DNA of 63,413 bases, filler included, from Octopus bimaculoides (Eukaryota), in assembly GCF_001194135.2 (NCBI RefSeq). It is 4 parts of 4 records of this genome, joined end to end, with 100 filler letters (N's around TTAATTAATTAA, not from the genome) between each part and the next. Parts side by side here need not be neighbours in the genome. Positions count along the whole stretch, not along the records: positions 6,176 to 27,077 come from NC_069002.1; positions 27,178 to 52,625 come from NC_069003.1; 2 more parts are not named here. One strand, written 5' to 3'. Shown piece by piece: positions 25,590 through 37,528 of the stretch; the first letter of the stretch is position 1, and every line of letters begins with the position of its first letter. The position numbers and the translations under genes were made by a program. The notes under the pieces are model-generated. The model worked only from the letters and a program-made list of their open reading frames with translations. It ran no database searches and had not been told where the DNA came from.

Positions 25590-25855
25590 AGATATATATA
25601 TAGAGATAGAGAGAGAGAGATTGAGAGAGACTGAGATATATATATAGAGATAGAGACAGAGAGAGATAGAGAGAGAGAGACAGAGAGTGGGAGAGAGATA
25701 GAGAGAGAGAGAGATGGATAGAGAGAGAGACTGAGATATATATATATATAGAGAGAGAGAGATAGAGATATATAGAGAGAGAGTGGGAGAGAGAGAGATA
25801 GAGAGAGAGAGAGACTGAGATATATAGAGAGAAATAGAGAGAGAGAGAGAGAGAG

Positions 25856-25886
<31 letters not shown>

Positions 25887-26033
25887 TACAGAGAGAGAGA
25901 GAGATAGAGAGACAGATAGAGATAGAGATAGAGAGAGGGAGAGATATAGAGAGAGAGAGATAGAGAGATAGGGATAGATAGAGAGAGATAGATAGATAGA
26001 GAGCGAGAGAGATAGAGAGAGAAAGAGGGAGAT

Positions 26034-26117
<84 letters not shown>

Positions 26118-26521
26118 CTAGAGAGATAGGGATAGATAGATAGCGAGAGAGAGAGAGAGAGATAGAGAGATAGAGAGAGAGAGATAGACACAGAGAGAGA
26201 TATATATATATATAGAGAGAGAGAGAGATAGACACAGAGAGAGATATATATATATAGAGAGAGAGAGATATATATATATATAGAGAGAGAGAGATAGCGA
26301 GAGATAGAGAGAGAGAGAGAGAGAGGAAGAGATATAGAGAGATACGTAGAGAGAGAGAGAAAGAGGGAGATAGAGAGAGAGTGAGAGAGAGAGAGAGCGA
26401 GATATATATAGAGAGAGAGATAGAGATAGAGAGACAGAGGTAGAGAGAGATAGAGAGAGAGAGAGATATACAGAGATATACAGAGAGAGAGAGAAAGAGA
26501 CAGATAGAGACAGAGAGAGAT

Positions 26522-26555
<34 letters not shown>

Positions 26556-26910
26556 NNNNNNNNNNNNNNNNNNNNNNNNNNNNNNNNNNNNNNNNNNNNN
26601 NNNNNNNNNNNNNNNNNNNNNNNNNNNNNNNNNNNNNNNNNNNNNNNNNNNNNNNGAGAGAGAGAGAAAGAGAGAGAAAGATAGATAGAGAGAGAGAGAG
26701 AGAAAGAGATAGAGAGAGATAGAGATATACATAGAGAGAGATAGAGATATACAGAGAGAGAGATAGAGATAAACAGAGAGAGAGATAGAGAGAAACAGAG
26801 AGAGATAGAGAGCGAGAGAGAGATAGAGATAGAGAGAGAGATATATAGAGAGCGAGATAGAGAGCGAGATAGAGAGAGAGAGATATATATATATATAGAG
26901 CGATAGAGAT

Positions 26911-26941
<31 letters not shown>

Positions 26942-27006
26942 TATACAGAGAGAGAGAAAGAAAGAGATAGAGAGAGATAGAGATATACATAGAGAGAGAT
27001 AGAGAT

Positions 27007-27057
<51 letters not shown>

Positions 27058-27077
27058 AAGAGATATAGAGAGATACG
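23345..27077. repeat. ~3.7-kb compound (AG)n/(AT)n microsatellite with an internal gap
   Basis: Near-continuous AG/AT dinucleotides. This tract produces the 948-aa SLSL ORF artefact. Confidence 0.97.
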
Positions 27078-27310
27078 NNNNNNNNNNNNNNNNNNNNNNN
27101 NNNNNNNNNNNNNNNNNNNNNTTAATTAATTAANNNNNNNNNNNNNNNNNNNNNNNNNNNNNNNNNNNNNNNNNNNNTATATATATATATATATATATCT
27201 ATATACACATGCATATATATATATATCTATATATCTACACATATATGTATATATGTATGTATATATATGTGTGTATGTGTGTATATATATATATGCATAT
27301 ATATAAACAA

Positions 27311-27373
<63 letters not shown>

Positions 27374-28237
27374 CATATATGTATGTGTGTGTGTATGTAT
27401 ATACGTATATGTATGCATGCATGCATGAATATAGATGTTGTTAGAATTATCACTGTTGCACTACTTTTCCTGCAAGTGGCCAGACAGAAATATAGAAAGT
27501 CGATATAACTATTTACTTAATTACAGAATTATTTATGTTACATCAAAATAGTAATGAAATCTTCGGCAGAGTATTGTCGTTTAGGTGTGTCAAAATATTG
27601 GGTGATATCATAAAATTTATTTCATATCAGATTATGCACAATTTATAGTCTTCAGTTTTCTGTTCAGGTGTTTAAGTTTTTATTCATATCAACTATTAGG
27701 CTTTTTAATACGTTAGTTCTTCATTCAGAAACATTTTACTAAAATTTAACAAAGCTTGCTAGTCTTTGATTATTGTTTATTATAAACTCATCGAAGCGTC
27801 GCTCTTTAAAAAAATGCGGAATCTTCCAGAAAACATCAATTCAAATCCATACAAGTAATGATTGAAAAACTCAGAAAATAATTCGAAAGAAAAAAAAAAA
27901 TTAATGTTAACAATTTGGATGACAGAGGTTCTGTTGTTTGTTGTTGTAGTTATTGTTGCTGTTGTGTCTGTTAAAACCAAGTCAGCTCAAATTAAAAGAT
28001 GATTCATTAAGATAAACAGTATCCAACTCATAAAAATTCACGCAGATGTATATTTATAAACTTTCATAAAAATATGCTAGATTTTTTTGATTAGAAATAT
28101 ATTTATAGCTTTTTTTTTAGTATGTTTTATCTTTAAAATTAATATATTTATTTCAGAATTGTGTATTAATTTTTTGGTTCTCAAAATTACATTTGTTAAC
28201 ACTTTATAAAACAAGTTTTATAATTTCGAAACCAAGA

Positions 28238-28912
28238 TAAAGCGGTGAGCTGGCAGAATCGTTAGTACGCCAGGCAAAATGCTTAGCGGCATTTCGTCCG
28301 TCTTCACGTTCTGAATTCAAATTCTGCCGAGGTCCACTTTGCCTTTTATTCTTTCGAGGTCGATAAAAGAAGTGCCAATCCAATACTGGAGTCGATGTAA
28401 TTGACTAAGCCCCCCCCCCAATCCCCGAAATTGCTGGTCCTGTGCCAATATTTGAAACCAATATCTCAGAAGCAACATAAAGCGGCGAGTTGGTAGAATC
28501 GTTAGCATGCCAGGCAGAATGCTTAGCGGCATTTCGTCCGCCTTCACGGTCTGAGTTCAAATTCTGCCGGGGTCGACTCTGTCTGCCATCCTTTCGGGGT
28601 TGATAAAATAAGGACCAGTTACGCACTGGGGTCGATGTAATCGATTATCCCCCTTCTCTAAAATTTCAGGATTTGTGCTTATAATAGAAAGGATTATTTC
28701 AGAGATAAGATAAAGCTGCAGGCTGGCAGAACCGTTAGTATCCGGAGCAAAAGGCTTGGCGGCATTTCATCTGTCTTCACTTCTGAGTTCAAATTCCGCT
28801 GAGGTCGACTTTGCCGTTCATCTTTTCAGGGTCGACAAAAGAAATACCAGTTGAACACTAGGGTCGATATCCTCGGAAATTGCTGGCCTTACGCCAAAAT
28901 TTGAAGCCATTA
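28238..28912 (+). mobile_element. Three head-to-tail SINE B copies (28238-28462, 28478-28695, 28711-28912)
   Basis: Three heads and bodies separated and flanked by similar ~20-bp spacers. Confidence 0.9.
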
Positions 28913-29059
28913 TTTCAGAAACAAGAAATAAATTTTTAAAAAATAAACAAAATATTTCACTGAGAAAAATGTCTGCTTAAATACCTTACTGGAATTAGTG
29001 CTTTTGCTGCTGCTCCTGCTGCTGCTGTCGTTGCTGTTGCTGTCGTTATTTAGGCACAA

Positions 29060-30289
29060 GTGAATCTTGATCGTAAAAGGGGTTTTTCAACAATGGAAAC
29101 TGTAAGAAATATTCCTTCTACGGAAATAAAGCTTAATATGTCTGGATATGCTAACGAGGGTTTGGCTAGTTTCGCTTGGAAAATTTTTCACTCGCTGTTT
29201 TCCCACGATCCGATCGATCAAGTGTCGTTAATATCGAGCTTCTAAGAGCAGTAGTTGAGAAAAATCCAAAGCAAACTGCATAAGAATTAGCAAAATATAA
29301 AACACCTCCATGAACAACGAATAATGTGTACTCTTAGCCAGTAGGCCCTTGATCATCTGACTGTTTCTCAACTTAGAGAGTCACCCTTTGTTGGCCATTG
29401 AAGAGCGGACTTGCTACCTAACCTTTAGTGAGGAAATGTGAGTCCCCTATAATCATATCCAACGAATACGACAGTCGCTGGCACCCAATGAAAAAGGGAG
29501 GTTCTATTCCCAGACTCTATTCGCAAAACTTTATGCTCTGTGTTTGGTAAGATATGAAGGGTGTTATCTATCATGAACTATTGAACCAAAATGAAACAGT
29601 TAATGTGGAGAAATATTAGTTTTAAATTTGTGTACAAGACCAAGAGTCTGGGGGAAGATGTAAGTCGATTATATCAACCCCCGTGCTCAAATGGTACTTA
29701 TTTTATCGACCTCGGAAGGATGAAAGGCAAAGTAGGCCCCGGCGTAATTTGAACTCAGAACGTAAAGATGGAAAAAATGATACTAAGCATTTCGCCTGGC
29801 TTGCTAACCGTTCTCTCAGCTCGCCGCCTTAATACGGAGAAGCACTGTTGCTAAATGGAAGCATTGCTCAAAAATCTACAAATAAAGCACCCATCATTGG
29901 TCAACCATAAAGGAGTGTTGCTCTTATACGATAATGCAAAATCACATTATTATCCATGTGACTAAGGAAAACATCATGACACTAAATATAGAAATTTTGC
30001 CTCATCCTCATTACTTTGAAGATCTTGTTCCCGCTCACTATCATATTTTCAGACGATTTGTTTATTTATAATTGGGAAGAGATTCAAAATGATATTGAGT
30101 GTTTCTTTGCTTCCAAATCTGGAGAATTTTACGGCCGAGGGATTAACCGTTTACCAAATGGATGGGATTATGTTATGAATAATGAGGGGAAATATTATCC
30201 TGATTAAAAAATCAAAACCAAAGAAGCATTTATTTCTCTTCCATCTTCAAATTCCTCAAATGCAAAAAGACTTTCTTTCCAACCTTCTA
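29060..30289 (+). mobile_element. Decayed mariner element interrupted by SINE B
   Basis: LRAVVEKNPKQT; FMLCVW*DMKGVIYHELLNQNETVN (~29530-29600); LLYDNAKSH; LPHPHYFEDLVPAHYHIF; RGINRLPNGWDYVMNNEGKYYPD*; TIR-like ACTTTCTTTCCAACCTTCTA. Confidence 0.88.
29618..29831 (-). mobile_element. SINE B nested in the mariner
   Basis: Ends CTCGCCGCCTTA. Flanks AATGTGGAGAA and AATACGGAGAA are TSD-like. Confidence 0.85.
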
Positions 30290-30527
30290 TGTATGTGTGT
30301 GGGTGGCTGTGCGCGCGTGCTTATGTATGTATTTTGGTTCTATTGTTGCCGTCTTTTTAAATTTAGTTATTGAAGTTCAGCATCTTCATTCAACATTATT
30401 AAATTATATCCACCCCACCATAAAAAAAAAATACAAATACGAAATAAAGAAGAAATTGTAGAGATATTTCCCTGGAGTCATTTGAAATGCGAGACATATC
30501 CTATAGAAAATGCAACCNNNNNNNNNN

Positions 30528-30586
<59 letters not shown>

Positions 30587-30857
30587 ATGTATATATATAT
30601 ATATATATATGTCTGTATGTGTGTGTGTATGTATGTGTGTGGGTGGCTGTGCGCGCGTGCTTATGTATGTATTTTGGTTCTATTGTTGCCGTCTTTTTAA
30701 ATTTAGTTATTGAAGTTCAGCATCTTCATTCAACATTATTAAATTATATCCACCCCACCATAAAAAAAAAATACAAATACGAAATAAAGAAGAAATTGTA
30801 GAGATATTTCCCTGGAGTCATTTGAAATGCGAGACATATCCTATAGAAAATGCAACC
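30288..30857. other. Identical 230-bp duplicate across a 10-N gap (30288-30517 = 30628-30857), likely an assembly overlap
   Basis: The two copies read identical; the gap is at 30518-30527. Confidence 0.85.
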
Positions 30858-30862
30858 AAACT

Positions 30863-31438
30863 AATATCAGTTTTGTTGGGCAAACGGATTAAGCACATGT
30901 TTGCACACGTGACTTACTTTTCTTTATGAGATTTCGCATTATACATCTTTAATTTACTTTAGAATTGTATAAGAAAGGGAATAAAACGTTGCTCCAACTA
31001 AAATCTTCAGTTTCCGAGATGCATTCCAGAAGTAATGAGACGTTTTTAGGCGAACCAGTTTATAACTGTTCTAGATTATTCTAATTTTTGTATATCTTTA
31101 ATAAACATCTAATAATTTTGTTGTGTCTGGAAGAATCACATATATCATCTTTTTTGCTTCATCTTCCTTAATTTCCTGAGCTTGTTCCAGCTCACTTGAC
31201 ATTTTCAGACGATTTTTTTTTATATTGTGAAGAGGTTCAAAACGATATTGAGTATTTCATTGCTGCGAAACCTGAAGACTTTTGCGGTCGAGGGATTAAG
31301 AGTTTACCAAATAGATGAGATAATGTCACGTACAGCAAGAGGAAATATTATCCTGATCAAATGTATCAATTAAAACAAAAGAAATATTTGTTTCTGTTCC
31401 ACCGGCAAATTCACATAAATAATTTTGCTAACCAGATA
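30863..31438 (+). mobile_element. Internally deleted copy of the same mariner family
   Basis: 31155-31360 parallels 30000-30207 (CCAGCTCACT..CATTTTCAGACGATTT..CGAGGGATTAA..TATTATCCTGAT); both ends are TIR-like. Confidence 0.7.
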
Positions 31439-31661
31439 CAAAAACGAAATACATCAAATAAGCTGACCTGCCAACTTTGTTATTCCAGATTGAAGGAGAT
31501 GGCTGTAATAGCCATTTGAACACATCCTACTAAACACTTCTTGTCACAGCCGACTAGTTTGTAGAATGCAGTCAGGATGTGAAGACAATTTGGAAGATTT
31601 TATGTAATAAATATTGTTGAACTGTGCAAAACGCTACAAAAATCTATGAAATGCTCTAGAC

Positions 31662-32272
31662 CAGGGGTGTGAAGCTCATTTTAGTTCACAGGCCACATAT
31701 CAACCCAATTTGATCTCAAGGAGGCCGGACCAGTAAAATCATAGCATAAGAACCTATAAATAGTAATTTCAAAATTTTCCCTTTGTTTTAGAGTAAAAAA
31801 AGCACCTCCGAAAATGTTCATGTTTAAAAAGCAATTTTCTTTCTTTTTTTTTTTTTGCAAAACATTGAACAAGTGAAAGTGACGACTGTTAAAGAAGACA
31901 GTTATCACACTGCCTTGTAAATGTATACAACTTATAAATTAAAAAAAGTGACACTTTGAAAAACATTTGAAAACACTTTTATTATTTTTTAGCATTTATT
32001 TTCAATATGTTCATGAAACTTGGCATCTTTTCTCCTTCACATGTGCATCTTTTCTCCTTCAGACGTGCATCCATATCAGGCGTCAAATCCTGAGTAGCAG
32101 ACAATCTCAATATGTCATTTAGGTGTTTATGTGTGAACCTGGTGCAAAATGTAATGAAATATTCCAAAATCACGTCCTCCATTTGCAGTCTGTACATTCT
32201 CTCTGAACTGCATCACAACACCTGCTTTTCCCCCAATTATTGATGGAGCGCCATCTGTAGCCACGCTGACAG
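31662..32272 (-). mobile_element. hAT (Charlie/SPIN, GTF2IRD2-like transposase) relic with one intact terminus
   Basis: TIR CAGGGGTGT at 31662, preceded by the 8-mer CTCTAGAC (NTCTAGAN Charlie target). Minus strand: SVATDGAPSIIGGKAGVVMQFRENVQTANGGRDFGIFHYILHQ, then RFTHKHLNDILRLSATQDLTPDMDARLKEKRC. Confidence 0.88.
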
Positions 32273-33144
32273 AACATCAGAGCTGCTTGAGAAAATTCAC
32301 AACTTTCTGGCTGAAGACCGTTGTGCATACAGTTTGGAGTTGGTGTAGAACTGTACACAGCATTATTCATGAAGATCTGAACATACCTAAAATTTGTGAA
32401 AGGTTTGTTCTCAGGGTGTTCAGTGACAAACAGAAAGAAAGACATTGGTGACAGTAGGGAGATGGTTGAGCTCATTCTCTCCAATCCAAGAGTACGTAAG
32501 ACACTGGTAACCTGTGACGAAAGCTGAAGCTGCTGGTATGATCCAGAGACCAAGAGACAGGTTACCCAATGTAAGCATCCTCGTTCCCCCAGACCCAAGA
32601 AGGCCTGGTAAAGTAGGTCTATCGGGCAGTTCATGATGATCTCTTTTCTCGAGAGCAAGGGGATCGTTTGCATCCACTGGGTTCCCTCTTGCCAAACGAT
32701 CATCAAAGAATAGTTTGTGGAGGTTTTGAGGAAGTTAAAGGTCAGAGCTTTTCTACTAGAGTCGGTGGCACCTGCAGCAGGATAATGCACCAGTATTTGT
32801 TTACCATCCTGGTAAGCAACTACTATAGAGAAATGAGCATCAAAATTGTCTCTCACCCTACAGTTCAGACCTTGCTCTTTTTGATTGTCCCATAGGCTGA
32901 AGAAGAGCCTCAAGGGAGGTCGAATTGAAGACATTGAGAATATGAAGGAACATGTGACAAGAGTCCTAGACACCTTCGCTTTGGAAAACTTCCATGGGGC
33001 CTTCACGAAGTGACTAGAGAGTTTCAAGAAGTGCATTGAAGTCAGAGGTTCCTACTTTGAAGGAGATTAGTTTTGTATTTTGTGAAATTAATTAATGCTT
33101 CTCCCACAAAAATCAGTGTCAAAACTTTTGCAATGCACCTCGTG
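32273..33144 (+). mobile_element. Mariner transposase pseudogene (5'-truncated) with 3' TIR
   Basis: SIIHEDL..LVTCDES(~32509)..YDPETKRQ..QDNAP(32778)..PDLA..LKKSLKGGRIEDIE..FKKCIEVRGSYFEGD*; TIR AAACTTTTGCAATGCACCTCGT. Confidence 0.9.
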
Positions 33145-33162
33145 CACACATACACACGCACG

Positions 33163-33221
<59 letters not shown>

Positions 33222-33486
33222 NNNNNNNNNNNNNNNNNNNNNNNNNNNNNNNNNNNNNNNNNNNNNNNNNNNNNNNNNNNNNNNNNNNNNNNNNNNNNNN
33301 NNNNNNNNNNNNNNNCACACACACATATATATACACATACGTTTGTATATGTATGATCATTTGGAACATGCATATACACTGTTATGTAACTGTTATGATA
33401 TAAACAAAATACTTTATAGAAGATTGTCTAATCGAATTTTTTAGTCGCTGAGTGTCCATAATAGCTGTGTGATGTGTGTGTTTGTT

Positions 33487-33545
<59 letters not shown>

Positions 33546-33851
33546 CAGCAAGCGTTGCAGACGCTTGTTTTTTCCATGTTGTTTGCGGCTAAAGCCCTAC
33601 AGAACTTATAAATCATGAGCCTTTTTTTTTGTGTGAGGTATGTGAAAGAACAAGTTTACCAGTTCAACTCATTTGTTGCTAGGAATAGTTGGTATAAAAG
33701 TACTACAGTTCCAAGTGCTCAACTGTCATAGTTTAGCTGAGGGTTCGGGTGTGAACGATGTTTGATGTAGTTGGATTCGCAGTAGGATACCATGTTTAGG
33801 AAGCGATTGGACCACGCAGTACGTGCATGAAATATATCCGAACCAATAAGC

Positions 33852-33956
33852 GAACACATCACACCAGAGTCACAGTGTGGCTTCCACAGGGACCCAAACA
33901 CGATGGATATAGTAGTCATTACAAGGCAGCTTCAGGAAAAATACTTGGAAAATTTG
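33852..33956 (+). mobile_element. Short RTE reverse-transcriptase fragment
   Basis: EHITPESQCGFHRDPNTMDIVVITRQLQEKYLEN. Confidence 0.75.
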
Positions 33957-34193
33957 TTTTTTTTTATTTGTAGATCAGAATCTTTTAACATATAAAACAA
34001 GAAACTTTTGGGATATGTTTTCAGAAGGTTCGATTGCTTCGCTTAAATTCGTGATTTTCCTCCTCCAATTCCACACAAATGATGGCCTGAGTTGATGGAC
34101 TGCAGACGTTGGAGCCCCTTATCATAAAAGAACGACTCGAGCAAGGTTACATGGCTACATGTTAGCTCATGTCTTGTTAATATCTTAATCTGT

Positions 34194-34560
34194 TGTTGTT
34201 GGCACTCCGTCGCTTACGACTACGAGGGTTCCAGTTGATCCGATCAACGGAACAGCCTGATCGTGAAATTAACGTGCAAGTGGCTGAGCGCTCCACAGAC
34301 ACGTGTACCCTTAACGTTGTTCTAGGGGATATTCAGCGTGACACGGAGTGTGACAAGGCACAACAGGAACAGGAAGTAAGAGTGAGAGAAAGTTGTGGTG
34401 AAAGAGTACAGCAGGATTCGCCACCATCCCCTGCTGGAGCCACGTAGAGCTTTAGGTGTTTTCGCTCAATAAACACTCACAACGCCCGGTCTGGAAATCG
34501 AAACCGCGATCCTATGACCGCAAGTCCGCTGCCCTAACCATTGGGCCATTGCGCCTCCAC
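34194..34560 (-). mobile_element. SINE C with 11-bp TSD and 20-bp internal deletion
   Basis: TSD TCTTAATCTGT at 34183-34193 and 34561-34571. Confidence 0.95.
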
Positions 34561-36110
34561 TCTTAATCTGTATGACCATACTATTGCACAGAATAACTTT
34601 AATAGAGGTGGAAGTCACTATTAACTGTTGACTTGACGGAGTTTTTTCAAAGTTAAAAGACTGTAGGCCACCATCAAACGCAGATTTGATAAAATTATTG
34701 AGATAAAATTGCTGGTGACTGTTCCAGTTGTTTGCTGGGCATTATCTCAGCAGCTGATATGCATTTTGAAAGAATAAACCTGACAGAAGAGTAAGGATGA
34801 TTATGACGCTGCAACAACCACCACCAGCTTTTTGAATAATTAAACCCTTTCCAATCTAAATATCATCATATCAAATGATTGCACATTGGACAAGGAAATT
34901 CAAGCAGGTCTCTGAATCCTTCGGAAGGCTGAGATAGTTATGTGAACAATCATCTCTGTTTACGGACAAATGTCTACTAGTAGTATGAATAGATGAGAAA
35001 TGTTGACAAAAGAAGGCCAAAACAAGAGAAGGACACAAATAACTGAAACAGTTTAACAGCTAAAGTTGTTTTGAAGAGGAATGACCTTTTATGAGTAGAA
35101 ATGATAATTTGCTTTGGCGGTTTTACCGTTGAAGTGGATGGATTAAAGATATCATGGAGAAATGAACTCAACATTACCAGGCAAAACATTTACATATTCT
35201 GTGTCTAGCTGAAGCTGTGTATGAAAGGTTGAAATATAGTCAATAAAGAATCCAAAAATGATGGAGAACATAATCATCATTGGTTTTGACGCACAACTAT
35301 AAGCAAAACAAATATTGCGCGCGCGTGCGTGCGTATGTGTCAGTTTCTGATACTTTCCCTGATGGCAAATTATATTTGCTGTTGTTTTATTGCCACCGTG
35401 GCTTAGTTAAAATTCTGACTTGTGGAATCATTAAAATCTCTGTGAAGACTAGTTCAAAATAACTGAAGGATTCTATGAGAGTTAAAGAGAAAGAAACATA
35501 TTGACTTTTGGTAAAGCTTTTCAGGTCAAAGATTTTGGACAAAACAGTTGATTTTGATCACCCATCAGGAAGTACTGTTTGAGAAATAGCAGGCTAGTGA
35601 AATAATATTCTGGTGTTTGATGATAAGAAATAAAAGTTCACTACTCATACAACTAGAGGTCGCTTTATTATTTGCTTTTTAGCTCAAAGATTTTGCTATC
35701 GTGTTTAGAACAGATTTGTCAGGGAAGTTCATTATGAGGATTATGCGGTTATTTTTTATTAACTGGAGAAGGGTTATGAATGAATAGCTATTCTTTTGGT
35801 TAGAGAATATACGTTGGAAGTTACGTGAGATAAATTTGAAATTACTCTTTCTTTCTGCTGAAATCTTCAAGTCTTCTTTTGAGTTTGACTTGACGGATGC
35901 GTATGAGAGTTTCCCTTGAGTAAAGTTGACTAACAATGGTTGGTCACCTTGCCATAGAAAGGTCAACATTGTTTTGATCAAGAGTGCGCACAGTGGAGAT
36001 TAAGGGATTCGTTAGATCGGACTGCTAACTTCCCGATAAAACAGCCTTTATAAATTGAAGTCAATTTGGTTGGAGAATTGGAAGAAACGATTGCACACTT
36101 TACCTTAACA

Positions 36111-36502
36111 CAGTGGTTCCCAACCTTTTCACAGTAGTTCCCAACAATGGTTCGCAACCCTTTTATTTAAATGAGTTTTCCCACGGATCGTTTTTAATAT
36201 GCTTAGCACGGAATTTTGTCAGTGATCAGGTCGCGGTCTCAAAACGACGAAAATATTTTGGAAAAATAAACTTAAATGTTGAAGTGAATCTAACGGTTTT
36301 TTGTGTGTTTTTAAATGGCTTATAAACACCTTCCACGCTGCAATAGTTTTTGTTTCAGCACACGATATCAGATCAGGTCACTTGCTATGCAAGTACATCT
36401 CCGTAATATTTTTTCATGAAATTTTGAATTTAGTTCACGGACCCCCAGTACTACCCTTGCGGACCACCAAAGGGTCCGCGGACCCCAAGTTGGGAACCAC
36501 TG
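36111..36502. mobile_element. hAT-type MITE
   Basis: Perfect 14-bp TIR CAGTGGTTCCCAAC (36111-36124) / GTTGGGAACCACTG (36489-36502). The 8-bp flanks do not match. Confidence 0.8.
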
Positions 36503-37249
36503 TATTCGATTCATATTACTCCAGAGTCAAGGATTAATAAAATAAGAACCAGTCGCATGATACTTTCAATTTAATTGATTGAATTTCCTCCTTCTTCATC
36601 TTCTCCCTAATCAAAATAAATATCTTGTGTGTACAGTTAGATGTACGACTACTATTGTATAAGTAAGATCTCCTCGTAGATTATCATATCCAGTCAGCTT
36701 CCAGTATAATGGTTAGTCGACCACTGTACTAGGTTACTAGTTATGATACACAGAACATACGTTGTGGAAAATTAAGGCAAACACAATATAAATATTAGTT
36801 CTTACACACGTTTCATCACTACAGATAATTGGAACTCAGCATTGGATGTTCCAAGTGCATTTGGATGTTCCAAGTGCATTTGGATGCCTAACTGTGATGG
36901 ATCATGAGAGGAACACATCTTAATTTTCCACTAATCAGAATAAATCGATATTCCAGTTAATCTAAGGAATCGTAAAAGATTTTATGCAAATTATATTGCC
37001 TAGAATTACAATTTCTAACTGAATAAAAGTTGTACTTTTCCCTCCATAAAATATTAACACAGTCAATGATACTACTAGTCCTTCTTGTTGTCTGAGGTTC
37101 TATGGTTTGTTACTGACATCGAAGCTAAGACCATGCTGGAGTACTATCCGTTTTGCTGACGTAGATGTTTTTTTTTTAATCGATGCTGTTATTTTAAATG
37201 AGTAATTACATCAATTCCAACCTCACTTGAACACACTTTTTAAAACTTT

Positions 37250-37434
37250 TATCTTTTATCTGTTTCAATCATTAGACTGCGGCCATGCTGGGGCACCGCC
37301 TTGAAGAACGTTTAGTCGAGTGATTCGACCTCAGTACTTTTTTAAAGCCTGGTACTTATTCTATCGGCCTCTTTTTCCCAACCACTAAGTTACAGGGACG
37401 TAAGCAAATCAACACTGACTGTCAAGCAGTGGTA

Positions 37435-37468
<34 letters not shown>

Positions 37469-37489
37469 GCACGCACACACGCACGCACG

Positions 37490-37528
<39 letters not shown>

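Noticed and set aside
23345-26990. 948-aa and other long S/L/I/Y-rich ORFs
   Set aside because: Translations of AG/AT microsatellite; no coding complexity.
28238-28912. CRISPR-like repeat-spacer array
   Set aside because: The long units are SINEs in a eukaryotic context; there are no cas genes, and the repeat/spacer size relation is inverted.
36841-36888. 20-bp tandem repeat (TTGGATGTTCCAAGTGCAT-type, ~2.4 copies)
   Set aside because: An ordinary local slippage duplication with no further structure.
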